Source: Eledone cirrhosa (taxonomy: Eukaryota). Taken from it: DNA of 64,000 bases. The position numbers were made by a program, and so were the translations under genes. Shown here one piece after another: positions 41,214-56,152 of this stretch. The DNA lies in the NCBI GenBank assembly GCA_964016885.1, contig OZ024745.1, positions 129,890,001 to 129,954,000 on the forward strand, written 5' to 3'. Each line of letters opens with the position of its first letter. The stretch's first letter is position 1. Under the pieces are notes generated by a model. The model saw nothing but the letters and a program-made list of their open reading frames with translations. It was not told where the DNA came from and did not search any database.

Positions 41214-42242
41214 ACCACTGACTTAGCCTTAAACTCAATTGGTACTTTTCTTACTAAGGACGATAGCTTTAATGGCAGTTGACCTACATTCGTTTTAATG
41301 TTATTTTACGAACACAATTTTGATGTTATATGTAGTAAAATACATCATTACAGATATTCGTAAGTCCTCGAAGTTGAAATGGTACAGGGAAACGAATGTT
41401 GATGCAATTATATAAAAATATTGAGAATTTGTTAATAAAACTCAAGTCGAAATATATAAATAAATGCCAACATATATTTCCAATTTGTGGTTATATATTT
41501 CATTGCTATGATCACACCACGGATCACGTTGTTGAATTGCCAGAGCTAAGGCACGTGATCAAAGATACGAAGGACCGAATGCTGTTCGATGGATCCGAGT
41601 GGTAACGGTTTATTGTGGCAATAAAGCCAAATTCGATCTTTGACGTCCACCACACCAGATTTAGAAATCTACTGTATACTCTTTTACTCTTTTACCTGTT
41701 TCAGCCATCCGGCTGTATGTATATATTCTAAATCTAATTATAAATAAACCAGTCTAAATCGTAGTGTTCAATATATTTCCGTAATCAATTTACGGTTGGT
41801 GTTCGTTAAATTGCGAAATTCTGGATGAAAAACACGATGAGCAGTGTGGGGTCTGCGTTTAAACCTTTCGGATAGTTAATTCTTTTAATTTAGCCGATAC
41901 ATAGTCAGATAAATTAAGTAACAGTAATATACTTGAATAATTCACTGCATCTAACTTCCTACAATCATGGGTCTGTTGTGTTGTAAGGCAAAACCACAAA
42001 AAAAAGAAAGAAACAAAACGAAAGCGCACTTCAGTTATTAGTGGAGAAAATAAGCATTTGATGATTTCGAACATATGTGCCAAAGAAGTAGAATATATAG
42101 ACATGGACATGACAGCATTATGCTTTTCTTGTCCATCCTAATCCTCCATCCTAATCCTCTGCGTCACCACGATCATCATTATCGCAAGCGCATTAGTTAA
42201 GGTTTCTCAAAATGATGACATCATTACTACATACGGTAGTAA

Positions 42243-42436
42243 GGGCGGTGGATTGGTAGTATCGGTAGAGGGTCGGACACCATGCTTTGACGCATTGAGT
42301 TACGACCCTTGCCATTCTGACATCAAATCCCACCGAGGTTAACTTTACCTTTCATCCTTACGGGGTCGATAAAATAAAGAACCAGTAATGCACTGAGAGA
42401 ATTGCTGGCCTTGTGCCAAAATGGGAAACAATCATT
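42243..42436 (+). mobile_element. SINE S1 full length, TSD ATCATTACTACATACG
   Basis: Direct reading. Confidence 0.9.
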
Positions 42437-42700
42437 ACTACATACGAATCTTCGCTTTTCTACTCTGCATTAACACTTTTAATGATTAAGTGTTTTGTTC
42501 ATTGTATTATTGTTACTATTTCCTAATCTTAATAACTGCTGTTCTTGTCATTTTTCATTACATTTGATCTTGTTCTATCTCAAACTGTGACTGTTGTTGA
42601 CGCTGCACAATTGTGTCATTTTTATAGTTATTATTACTACTTAATATTGATCATGATTCTCTATAAATATACTTATACCTATATATATATATATATATAT

Positions 42701-43207
42701 TGTTATACTTGGGGAGGGTCAAATTTGTATAATAATATTGCCAGAATTAATAACAGAACACACTCACTGTTTGATTGGTTTTCGCTTCTGTGTCTTTTAT
42801 ATCGGTTAATTTAATTTATTCGGTCCTCAAAGTAGTCATTGACTGACCAACGGTCAAAAATACAGATACAATATAGACACAAACACACATATATATAGTC
42901 TAACAAAGTTCTTTCTTTGCACATCTGCAACATCGTCAGTGGTGCTATTATGTTTCCTTCCGTTGCATTGTATGCCTACGCCATCTTTATTTAGTCTGTT
43001 TATTTTTTTTGTCATCTCTGCGCATGCGTTTGCGTGTGTGTATAGTGTTTTGTTTGATGTGTGTTCGTGTTTGGGTGACTGTGTATTGATTATTGTATTC
43101 TATCTTAGTTTACTAGTGTATGTTTATATATGTTTGTTGTTATTGTGCTTGTGTATGTATTTATTTATTTATTTATTTATACTTCTCTTAGTGTTGTTTG
43201 TTTGGGT
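42701..43207 (-). mobile_element. PLE family A solo pLTR (HHR motif 42895-42948)
   Basis: Near-identical to 27381-27885 with the same left end TGTTATACTTGGGGAGGGTC. Flanked by (TA)n. Confidence 0.9.
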
Positions 43208-43225
43208 ATATATATATACATATAT

Positions 43226-43316
<91 letters not shown>

Positions 43317-43319
<3 letters not shown>

Positions 43320-43428
43320 ATTAAATAAATGGAAACTATATTTATAAAACCATATTTATTTCATTATATATATTTCAGGGATATCATATTAACAATATGT
43401 TAACCCAACAATTTAAATATAACTTTCC

Positions 43429-43462
<34 letters not shown>

Positions 43463-43578
43463 ATATATAACCAAGGCGTTGTGATAAGGAGCCAGGTGGA
43501 CCATAACGCACCAGTCATAACGACCAGGAATAGCTGTTGAAACGGCTTGAGCTCTGCCGTCGGGGTCATACATTTTCA
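43317..43578. mobile_element. Family D (43317-43430) and family B (43468-43578) inverted mini-elements
   Basis: Matches to 34562 and 22221 sequences. Confidence 0.75.
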
Positions 43579-43592
43579 TATATATATATATA

Positions 43593-43776
<184 letters not shown>

Positions 43777-44550
43777 TTTGCATACCTGTGAATATAATCC
43801 TATGAATCTATACACACATACATATATTATCAGTTATTGGTGATATATATTGAATGGATGTTGGTAGGTTTTTCCACTGATATTTTTTATACATCTTTCG
43901 TTATGTTTCATTTCTGTTTCGTTAAGTTTATTGTCCACCATCTATTCTCATTTGTTTCTGTCTACTTGTCAATTTTAGTTGTTGCTAAGGAAGCGATTGT
44001 CTTCATTCCCTTTTTTTTTTTCGTTGAATGTCATCATCCTCGGCATTAACAGGATGTCTGTAGTATTCTTAGGCAACGTGTTTCATAATACCTACATGTA
44101 ATCAAAGAAAACACATAAAAGCTCTCATCGGTTTGAAGTTAAATGTTTCTTCATTTGAAATTAATCCTTGATAAACTTGATAAAGTACAACTTTATGTAG
44201 CTCGATTTTAGAAAAGTATCAGCTCATCTAAATATACGTGTCTAAACATTTAATGACCAATGTATCTCCGTCAGTAATGAAATAAACTTGACGTGAAGTT
44301 GCAGTATAATCAAATGTGATGTTATTGATTAACCTTATCAAGTGGCAATCACCAAACCTTGTTAACAAATCAGTGTGAAATATGTTGAAACGCTGTCTTA
44401 CTGTAAGTATATCTTTGTACTTGAAGATTTAATGAATAAAGAAATTATAAAATATCCATTGCTGGAATATCAACAGTATTGCTATTCTATAGACACCCAT
44501 TACATCTAAGCAGACATATTTTCAAAGGCATTACATTCCAGAACAACCAC

Positions 44551-44784
44551 CTATTGTTTTAGATACATAGCTTGCGTCGTGCGTTTTCTTCCGAGATTAT
44601 CTATTAGAGATACAATTGAATGACGACAGTATTTCTGGACAATCGTGGGAAATATATCGGGTTCTACTACTTTGTTCCGCGTAAATTTGTTTATGGTCAA
44701 TATAATATCAGAAATTCTATCAGGGAGGATTCTTTCGGAGTTTACTTCACCTGACACAGACCATGTCGACCTAATTACGATCAC
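44551..44784 (-). mobile_element. CR1/Jockey-group LINE relic
   Basis: ISDIILTINKFTRNKVVEPDIFPTIVQKYC resembles DI..AI..L....A.GPD.FP...LK.C. Confidence 0.5.
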
Positions 44785-44937
44785 TGAAAACGATGCAGTA
44801 TTGCTTCAGTAGCATTTCATAGAATATTTTCCTGTATAATCACTACGGAATATTTTATAATCAACCGATGGTCTAGTATTTCAAACATTACTTATGAGAT
44901 TTGGCAAAGAATGAAAACACCTTCCAATATTATACTG

Positions 44938-44973
<36 letters not shown>

Positions 44974-45344
44974 CTGCGGTAAGAAATTTTTTCTTATATC
45001 AAAGTTTAATGGGCATCCACTGATGATTTATAAGTGCCCACCTGCATATGTTCTTACGTAAAATTATGTAGGCTTCTACATAAACCGGAAACATTCTCCC
45101 AACTTGTAGAAAACTTATAATGAAACAATTGTTTGGAAAGCGAGATATATTTTAATTTTAATTATATCTCATATAAAATAATACAACTGGCTTTCCACAA
45201 AATACATATAGTTAGCACCCCAAACACAAAATTGGGATTATACTAACGTACATCCTAATGTTTGTTGAGTGAGATGGTTACCAGTCAGAGTTTAGCTTAA
45301 AGCTTTCTCTGTTATTGTATTAAATATATATATATATATATATA

Positions 45345-46055
45345 TTTAGCTCTGGTTTTTAACTATGGAGCACTTTGCCAGTATCATTTCTGATTTTTGC
45401 GTTTCGCTTCGCTTTTCCTGCCCGCCGAAATGCGATTCTCGCAGAATCTTTATTTGTATTAATCTCCCGTGTCTTACAATTAACTTGTTAATAATTTCTA
45501 TTGACAGGTTAATTGTATAAGTTTATTTTAAAACCACTCGGTTGAGAACTTATTCGATTTGTGCTATTTATGTTATTTTTGCATGATTTACACCTACTGA
45601 ATTAATTTTCCAAAATCTGGAATTATTTCCCTTGTGATCTCCACACGTGGGTTAACTTACCACGGTGTCGTTCACTTATTTGGTACAGAGCGAAATACCT
45701 GTTGATAACGTGATATTCCTTGTTCGATCATTATACACAAAGCTTATATTTTTAAGCAGACGTGTCACAGAAACTCTGCATCGGATTTTAACAGCAATTC
45801 CGGGAGTCCAGGTCTGGTTATCATTTATTTTTTATCATTTATTTTGTTTTGACCTGTTTAGCTTGATTTGGTTTTTGGCTTGGGTGGTTAATGCCATCTT
45901 GACCACCTTTTCAGTTTTGTATGGCTTCTTAACACATTGTTTAGCTCTGGTTTTTAACTATTGAGCACTTTGCCAGTATCATTTCTGATTTTTGCGATTC
46001 GCTTCGCTTTTCCTTGCCCGCCGAAATGCAATTCTCGCTGAATCTTTACTTGTAT
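45345..46055 (+). mobile_element. Element with ~115-bp direct terminal repeats in (TA)n (partial-tandem pLTR-like)
   Basis: 45345-45459 is near-identical to 45940-46055. Confidence 0.7.
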
Positions 46056-46532
46056 ATATATAAATCAAGAAACAAGAGTGACATGGTGTGCTATACAATA
46101 AGGACTTTATTCACATTGCTGACAATTGTTTCTCTGAACTGGTAGGTCTAGAGATCGCTTCTCGCCTCTTTTTGCGTCAATCGATCACCAATACTTGATT
46201 TAAGAAATTTTAGAAATCACCACGTACTCGCTGCATCACTATGGAGACGTCTTGTTGAGTCAAACTTAGCCAAGCGTTAATACTATCCACTATTCGGAGT
46301 ATCCTAACTGGACTACATCTAAGTGGACTACCTATAATATTAATTTGTTATCCCGTATATATATATATATATCTGTGTGTGTATGTGTGTGTGTGTGTGT
46401 GCGTGTGTGTGTTTGTTTCTGTAGCGGTTCTTGCACATGACTGCTAGACCCGGATGAAACGAAGACGAAGAATTTCCTTGCGTACCGTTTTGTACCACAG
46501 ATGCGATCTCACTCTGCCTCGTTAATGTTCAA

Positions 46533-46871
46533 TCAACACCAAAGTTCTACGTTCTGGGCAATAGAATTGAATCCAACCACCGACAACATAGTTGGATGAC
46601 CGATAATCACACCAAACCGGAGTACTGTGATCCTTGTGATTTCAAGATATACAACCACTGATAGTGTAACGAAGACCAGAAAACCATACTCCATAATATT
46701 GAACCAAGTGATTGATTTGAGCGACCAAAATAACACCACACACATATTGGGTCGGCAATGAACTAGGAATACTGGCTCCTCCGTCAATGTCTGGGTGAGC
46801 AGAAATAGATTTCTATCTGCATTGAAATTTACGAACTTGTGCATCTGCTGTGGTGTCAAACACAAACGCAC
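46533..46871 (-). pseudogene. Possible Tc1-like transposase relic
   Basis: VVLFW...G.LVFV....YLEI and FNSIAQNVELW loosely resemble VMVWG..G.LVF..Y.IL and LNPIENVW. Confidence 0.35.
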
Positions 46872-47614
46872 ACGACCGCACAGATGAGCAATGGACTATG
46901 CCACGTGGGTTGAACCTGCAAGTGAATTGAAGGATGTGTAACTCTGATATACAGATTATTTATTATTAAGATGTATAAACTTGACATAACTATTATCATC
47001 TTATATTCTCTCAACTAATCACATTTGATTATATTTCTCTATTCCGTTTTCTCCCCCCATATTTATAATATTTTTATGTGACAAAATCGGTTTTTTTACA
47101 TTGTGTTTTTCCCTTCTAATACTTGCTTAAATTTTTTAATATATTCTCTATATATTTTTTATATATATATATTTTATCTTTATTCTTATTTTCACTCTTA
47201 TCCTCCTTTATATTTTACCTTATTCTTACTTTTATACCTTATTATAGTGTAATCTTCCCCATGCCTTATTATACATCATTAATTACAGATTATTATTATT
47301 ACTCTTATTCCATTTCTAATTACCTCATGTACTTTCGCCTCCGTTATATATATATATATTGTATGCCCTTTGTGTGTGTGTAGCCTCTGCACACGCTTTG
47401 CACCCTACTATCGACGCCACCTCATCTATGGCTCCACTAACCACTCGACTCTTGGGAATGAATATGACCACAGCTAGTAAACAAGAACCCACACCCAGCC
47501 CCCCGCACCAAAATTAGACTTATCGTCCCCTACTTTTGCTCTTTACTCTCTTTACTCTTTGTTCTTGAATGTTTGGTTGGTAGAGTCCATAACACCAATC
47601 AAACCCCTTTTATA

Positions 47615-47659
47615 GCTCTGAAGAATCCTACGGTTACGTAAGGAAGAAACATTGTAAGC
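47615..47659 (+). ncRNA. Minimal type-I hammerhead motif (family H)
   Basis: GCU CUGAAGA A UCCU ACG-guua-CGU A AGGA A GAAA C-auu-G UA AGC, followed by AATAAA and a tail into (TA)n. Confidence 0.72.
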
Positions 47660-47707
47660 CAATAAAAATCTTTTGATGTTGTAGACGCCCTTGCGTTCTT
47701 TATCATT

Positions 47708-47753
<46 letters not shown>

Positions 47754-48077
47754 AACAAACACACACACACCTGCATATGAATTGTTATTGCACTCTTCCT
47801 TTCTCAAAACTACTTCCTCAATGCCTCTTTAATATTTGGACTATTCCCTTGTTTTAACTGTTGCATGTATTCCACTCCGTGCTTTTGATTTTGATTTTAA
47901 TTTAATTTGAATTTGAATTTGAACTTGAATGTTTGTACAATTATTGTACAATTCACGTAAAATATATGTCACATCCATTCCACCCTGTAAATACGAAACT
48001 GTTGCTCACAACATCAACTTATATGTATTATTGTTCAGTTGAATAGGAGGTTAATTATATGTGCAAACATTGATAAT

Positions 48078-48122
48078 GATCCGATGATTCCAATCGAGAG
48101 TTTGGAAGAAACGATTGTCAGC
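48078..48122 (+). ncRNA. Degenerate hammerhead motif (U4>C)
   Basis: CCGAUGA UUCCAA-ucgagagu-UUGGAA GAAA C-gauu-G UC AGC, then ATTAAA. Confidence 0.55.
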
Positions 48123-48193
48123 TATTAAATGATTTGAACATAACTTTGATATTGTATAATTTATTTATTTATTTTTATTTATATATATATATA

Positions 48194-48736
<543 letters not shown>

Positions 48737-48773
48737 GTATATATAAATATATACGTGTGTGTGTGTGTGTGCA

Positions 48774-48853
<80 letters not shown>

Positions 48854-50620
48854 GTGTATATATTCATATTGTATTCTATTATCCTAAGTAGAACATATTT
48901 CGTAATATAGTCCTGATTATGTTACATCTTGTAACAACGGTTATAGTCACGGCTTTTGTAATCATGGAACATATGTTTGGTGGATTAAGGCTTGACTTTA
49001 AATACAAATTGTGCATGAAGTGGTCAGAATTGTTTAAAGGATTATTCAGATTCTAGCATCGACTATTTTAAATTATAACCCTAATGGGATTATATTCCAG
49101 TAATCGATATTAAATTACACGATAATCGGATGAACAAAAATCAATAAGTATGTAGTAGTAGTATTGTTGGTTATTATCGCTATATTTGAGTGTTTGTTTA
49201 TCTGTAAGGGATTTGTAATTTTAGGTCTGTGATTTCCAAGTTCATATATGTAATACGCACAAAATATATCCTATGGACATCAGCTTTTTACGACATCTAT
49301 ATAAAAACTGAGCTTTCTCTCTCCCTTTTTCTGTTTCTTTCGAAACTTTGTAAGGCGATCGAAATTAGATTATAACTGAATTGCAGAAAACACCAGTAAA
49401 AGCGTACCACAATGACACATCTTCTAAGCCAATATTTTTAATCTGTTGTCTTCCAGTACTTCGTATATATTATGTAATTTCACATACGCAGATAACAGCT
49501 AAACAACGCACACACAGAGGAGAGAAATATAAGGAATTATGTAATACATTTCCACACAAAACTCTTCGAAAACAAATTAAAAAAAGCAAAGTGAATCACG
49601 AATATATATCACTCACAGTTAATGAATTAGGGCAACCGGAAGAATGACCGAATAGTTCTTACAAAAACTAATGTACATACATCGTGGTTTCTGGTTGTTT
49701 GACTAGGATCACTATCTTTCTAAAACCTATGTTACACTGCTCAGAACAATTTAGCGCATAGATTGTGCAGGGAACAATTGCCAATGATCTCCTCTATCAA
49801 GTAACAAAATAAACAAAAATATGTTACCATTTTAACATCTTAGGAACCGAGCTGATTACAGCAGCAAAATTACGCATTGCAGTCACGCTACTTCTAAAAC
49901 TTCATCCAAACACTCAGATATATATAAAGCACGATCTAAACACTGTTTTTATCTTTTTTCCCCATTCAAAGGAGGGAAGGTTAACAAAAATCACATATAC
50001 ACAGATATAGCAACAAGATCAATAGACCAATAGTGCTGGATTTCACATTAAGCAATAATAAATTCAATGAAACAACATAGGCACTCTGACTGAGTTCAAC
50101 TTGACATATAAAAATTCTATAGACGAACATTGATTGGGAATTGAAGATAATACAATTCAGACTGTCACACTACATTATCTAAATTACATATCTGCATGTG
50201 ATGGTGTTCAACATGGCACTTACCTACAATGAAGAATAATAAAACAGATATGCTGGGCTTAAGAAAGATGACATCGTGTTGCACAACAAAACAACGACAC
50301 CTGCCATAACAAGAGCAACGGCTGCAGCATCAACCTCAGCAACAATAGCAAGAAGAACAACAATAGGAGAGAATAAAAAACCAGAAACAACAATAACAAC
50401 AACAACAGAAGCAACAATAACTGTAGGACCAACACCAAATATATAAAGAAACTGGAAAGTATCGGTACAAAAAAAAATCCAGACACCTACACTGCACCTC
50501 ATACACTTCATCATTGACATTTCGCCATTTAGTAAATTCGTATCATATCTGGCGCCATTATCATATCATTTGTGATTTGTACCGAGTTGTTATACCGAAG
50601 TGAGAAACTATAATGTTTAT

Positions 50621-50790
50621 ATCGATTAAACCGACCCCAGTACATTACCGGTGCTTTATTTTATCGACCCCATAAGAATGAAAGGCAAAATTAACCTCGG
50701 CGGGATTTGAACTCAGACTGTAAAGGGACGTAACTCTGTGCTGCAAAGCATGGTGTCAGATTCTCTACCGATACTGCCAATCCGCCGCCC
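50621..50790 (-). mobile_element. SINE S1 (long variant, 3'-truncated)
   Basis: Head and core. Retains the CTGGGGTCGGTTTAATCGAT segment. Confidence 0.88.
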
Positions 50791-51111
50791 TACTGTGCGC
50801 AACTATAACAACACAAAAAAGTATCTACAAAATAGCTCTGAAACTTCGATCAGCCTGCTAGAGTTACTTTACTTTAACACATATGACAAACAAATATTCG
50901 ATAATATAGTCTGATCAAAATAAGAGGTTGAGAGGGCTGCAAAAACATTTATCAAAGATCTAGTTGAGCTAAAGACTAAATAATAACAACATAAGCATAA
51001 TTAATGGTGACGAACTACTGCGGCAGTCTGTATATGTTCTCTCTGTCTGCTAGAAATTGCAGCCAATCCTTCACCTAATACATCATTACCACCTTATAAA
51101 TCCGAATGATA

Positions 51112-51329
51112 TACGAGTGGGTGGTGAAAAGTTCCTGGCTTGTTTGCTGCTACAGAGTCCTGGTTGGTGGCCCAATTTTTCTATTTCTGTTTACAAGGTT
51201 TAGAAAAACTGAAGGGCAGCTGTAATAAGTTTGTGAATATGAGGTAATATGTTGAATAAAATCATAATTAACTGATTCTCCTCTATTTTCTTTTATCCAT
51301 ATCCAGGAATTTTTCAGCACCCTCTCGTG
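51112..51329. mobile_element. mariner-derived MITE
   Basis: TIRs TACGAGTGGGTGGTGAAAAGTTCCTGG / CCAGGAATTTTTCAGCACCCTCTCGTG, with a TA-like target. Confidence 0.7.
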
Positions 51330-51465
51330 TATCATGACATACTGAAAATGTTATGAAGAAAAGGATATAATGTCGTTATGATCTGAATATTTGTGAGATG
51401 CTAAATTCTCTGGACACCAATTGCCACTTTTGTTCTGACCACCACACTATTCCAACACTTCCTTC

Positions 51466-51563
51466 AATAATTGTTTCTACTTTAGGCACAAGGCCAGCAA
51501 TTACCCAGTGCATTACTGGTACTTTATTTTATCGACCCCATAAGGATGAAAGGCAAAGTCAAC
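51466..51563 (-). mobile_element. 5'-truncated SINE S1, TSD CAACACTTCCTTCAATAAT
   Basis: 19-bp duplication flanks the fragment. Confidence 0.88.
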
Positions 51564-51624
51564 ACTTCCTTCAATAATAAATAAATACACAAATGTGCAA
51601 GAAACAACAATGTCACAGAGCAAT

Positions 51625-51790
51625 TGACTTGTATGACTGAGGGTTTAAGAGATTCACTTCGCAATCATGTGTTAACTCTTGAAAAACACTGTTTTCACAC
51701 TTGAATACGTTTCATTATCATAGCCTCTGTGTACTCCAGGCTTTGGGAGTGAAATTTGGCAGACGGAAATTATGTGGAAGCCCGACGGTT
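51625..51790 (+). mobile_element. Diverged second SINE family
   Basis: GAGTGAAATTTGGCAGACGGAAATTATGTGGAAGCCCG resembles a common octopus SINE 3' part (recognition only). Confidence 0.45.
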
Positions 51791-53149
51791 GAATTCTACT
51801 TGAAATTTAAACGTCGAAACTTCCCACATATTGTGTCACCGTGATACGGTTTTGTAACACGTTTCTGTAGAATACACAACCATTTTTACCTTCATTTCCC
51901 CGATTGGACTTTCTGTTGATCGAATCTCTGAAAACCTATCTTCAAATCCGACGGAGGATCCATCATCATCATCAATCAGAATTGAATTATGACACAGAAC
52001 ATGGACTAAATATCACATAATTTAACAACTATTATAGTTATTCATTGATATTGTATCTTTAATAAGCTCTAAAAAAAAACTTTTAGATATTTGGAAGGCT
52101 TCTTTCATGTCCGCTTGTGTAGAAGGCCTTAGTCTCTGAATTACCTTCTATTTTCCGTATCTCATTCATTCATCAATCCTTTTGAAACGGTTTTCAATAT
52201 GGTTTTCTTATAATGTTTTATTAATTCCAGTATATACTATTTTCCCGACGATATACATACATCTACACACGAATATTTAAAGATACACAAGCAAATGCAT
52301 GCATAAAACCATCTTCTCTCTTCCCGTTATTTCTTCACTCTACTTCTCTCACAATTCTCTGTTCTGCTTTTGTCTTTATCCATCTCTTTCCTTTCCTTTT
52401 ATTTCATTATCTCTTCTCTCTCTTCTTTCACAATATATCCCCCCTCCGTCTATCGATTAATCTGCTACACCAGGATTAAATAATACCATTCAAAGGATGT
52501 TTAGATTTCCTTACTCTCGCCTCCCTCTAAAACGCACTGCAAAACACACGACACCGTGTACGAGAAATCTTACAAATACTCTCCAATCATTCCTATTGTT
52601 GCAGGAGCATTATAATAGCATTCAGTCTTAATTTTATCTGCTTTTGTACCAATACTAAATTGGATTTCTTTAAAGGTATATAAGTACATTGTAATATTTT
52701 TTAACTATATTCATTTAAATCTTCATTGATTTCTTGTTGTTTTCTTAAGAGCAAAACAAAACTAAAACTTTGCCAACACATGCCTAACATAAAATATACC
52801 AATAGTGTAAGTTTACATTTAAACAATGTGAAAAGATTGCAATAAAAAATAAAAGAAAGTTTAACTTAAACTATGAATAGATTTATGTAATTTCAAATAA
52901 GGTAACAATTCAGAATATTATAGAAGATAATTGCACCAATGAAGACGACGGGATAAAAATGAAATGTGTCAATGTGTAAGACAATAACGACTTACATTAA
53001 GAGTAGAGAGACTAATTCTATTTTCATAATATCAATATTTAGCCATACAAATATTATGAAAATAATATATTTAAACCTGGAAATATGTTATTTTCAATCA
53101 GCAGAAATAACCACTCAATCCTTTCAAAACGGATTATAGACATGTCACA

Positions 53150-53900
53150 CGGTGGTTTGAAGATTATGACCAGAGGGGAATGTGTCTAAACTGCAGCTGG
53201 TAGACTAATGAACATTGATGAATCCCAGCATTTTGAAAAACAACTGGCAAATATAATCAAAGATATGAGTGTCCATGTTGTCAATGGGATCAAATCTATT
53301 ATTGTCGACGATAGGAATAAAATAATTATGTTGCGATATAAATGTGATCCCGCATAATACAAATGTATACTCGAAGGAGCCATATAAATAAAAATTACAT
53401 ATGAAACGTCTGGGTGGATTATAAATGAAATAACCTAACTCAGATATTAAAGAGACTTAAAATCTACAAAATCTGCCATATGACAAAACATTTCATAAAA
53501 GCGAACATGAAGAATTGGAAAACAACGCTAAACAAAAACGAAGGTTTAATAACATAAAGATCCAAGGAGTAACAATATCAACATAGAGTTGAATTTTTAA
53601 GGGTGACTCACTATTTCTACTGCCAATTTGTATACTGTTAGCAACACTTAGAAACGTACTCAACAACAGTAACTATTGATATAAAACAGCAGTTTAGCGA
53701 AGTGAATTATCTTTTTATATGAATGATCTGAAAACCTTTCTAAAAAATGATACCTAATAAACTGACAGACTAATCATTGTAAAGAGCTACAGTGATGACA
53801 TTAGAATGGGGTTCGGGCAAGATACATTTTCTAATGACACATTTAAGAGAGTTAAGCTAAAGTTATCATCAAGCATTTTGAAGGATTTGGAAATGTCATG
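53150..53900 (+). mobile_element. R4/Dong-like RT relic
   Basis: Manual reading gives GDSL (53600), LF.YMNDLKTF (53712-53740) and VKSYSDDIRMGFGQD, resembling QGDSLSP, HLFYMDDLK and FS.DI.MEFG.DKC. Confidence 0.7.
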
Positions 53901-53929
53901 AAATTAAATTCGTCCCCATAATCATAGGA

Positions 53930-54530
53930 ACACACTTCCAATTTACAGGCACAAATACAGAGCAAGCCCATGTACTTGGACCATTCTCGCCACTCTCACC
54001 AATCTTTCAACAAACTGCTTGTAAGGCACCACTTAACTCTTCACTCTGATGCTTCTCTTCAAGGCTTCGTCGCAGATCAAAGTGTTTGTCTTCAAACATA
54101 TCTAACGCATCCACCACACGACCTCTTTCTCCTTAGTCACCGGGCATATAACATTTGCCTGTCCCTCCACTCAAAAGAAAAACGACGGGAAGATCTTGAC
54201 AATGGACTCTGTTCATAGCCGGGTTCATCGCACACATGACAACACGTATTAGAAATAAAGCCATAAGTCAGTGATACTCGGATACTCGATGAGTGCGTGA
54301 AAGACGGTTTCGTTGCCCTGTGCGCTTCTCAGACAGACGTGGCTGACCTACTTCCATACCTGTAGAATTTATCTCGAATTGGCAAATCCCCTCGGTAGTA
54401 CCATCAGGCTGGGTATTTCTGCAAGTTAAACGTGGGCTCTGGACAGAAATTCCTCTGGAAAAGATTGGTTAGAAGAGAGTGTCTCCCCAAGACCATCGTC
54501 GTTTTTACTCGCCACTAAACCTCTGTAGAA
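53930..54530 (-). mobile_element. L1/Tx1 ORF2 C-terminal relic (zf-RVT region)
   Basis: YRGDLPIRDKFYRYG...C....ETVFHAL....I.DLW, and downstream KEVVWW.R and FVERL.RVARM. Confidence 0.7.
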
Positions 54531-55226
54531 TACCAAACTAGAGTTTTCTCTGGCCGTACTATCAAACTCGAGAGGATGTAAATATGACCTGACCTCATCG
54601 GCATTTAAAATCAGATTTTGAAGAGCTCAAAAATATCTCTAAAGCATTTTGCTTCACGTTGTAACGATAGTTCCAGCCAACCACTCAGCATAGTCACATG
54701 GTTGGACTCATTTGGTGATGCTACTGCCGATGATATCGATCCTCAAATACTGAGAAACAAATCTGAATAAGATTGTTATGTTTCATTACTATATCATTCA
54801 TTCTACAACACTATTTGATAGCATTTAAGTTTAAATCTAGATCGTTGTAGGTTTATAATTCTGATACATCATTTGATTTTCCATTAATATTTTTTATTCC
54901 CTGCCCATAAAATTTCTCTTCCTCAGTAAACTAGAAACATAATTATTTTGTTTGAAAACTGTATTGTTTCTTTAGGCTTTTCAAGTTGAAACGTTAGTCT
55001 GCATATTATAGATATATATTTTCAAAACATTTATACCAATGATTATTTTGTATGTATCACAGTTAATTTTTTATTCAGATATCTATTTTCATTTCATAGA
55101 TGATATCATATATATTGTGTACATTCGTGCATATATATATATATTTATATATACATATGCTCACACAATATCACACAATATCACACGCATGTAAATATAT
55201 ATATATATATGTTGATATGTGTGTAT

Positions 55227-55313
<87 letters not shown>

Positions 55314-55839
55314 CACATATATATATGTATAACGTATATATATATATATATATATATACTTTATACATATATGTGTATATATATATATCAGGGTGTTGAA
55401 CTTTTAACAGTTTTTGGCATATTTAGAAAAGAGATCTTACGAAAGCAACTAATAAAGCATGTTTGATATTCATGTCATTAAGTACAAACCATCTCTACAA
55501 TTCGAAGTAACATACAAATAATTTAACAGTAAAACGATATACTTATAAACATGAAAGAAATTTATCGATTTATCTGATTTTTTTAGCGCAGAATTATCGA
55601 GAAATATTGAATTGGTGTTCAATTCAAGCATATTCTATATATTTTCAAAGGAAAGACATTAAAAAATGAAAGATAACAGTTATGCTAAGAGATTATGAAT
55701 CAATGGATATATTATTTTTAACGTGACGAGAAATGTTCATTCTATTTATATGTGTGCATACTCATAGACATAAAATATTCTAATAAACATTCTAATTCCG
55801 CAAAACGAGGAGTTTTATATGTATCTCACTCGCCCTCTT

Positions 55840-55878
<39 letters not shown>

Positions 55879-56042
55879 GTATATACATATATATGTGTGT
55901 GTATGTGTGTGTATGTGTGTGTATGTGTATGTACGCGTGTGTTTGTTAGTGTGTGTGTCTGTATACCTGTGCGTGTTGCAATTTTATTAAATGATTACAG
56001 ACCTTGTAAAAATGGCATTTTATGTATTTATATTGGCAGAAA

Positions 56043-56152
<110 letters not shown>

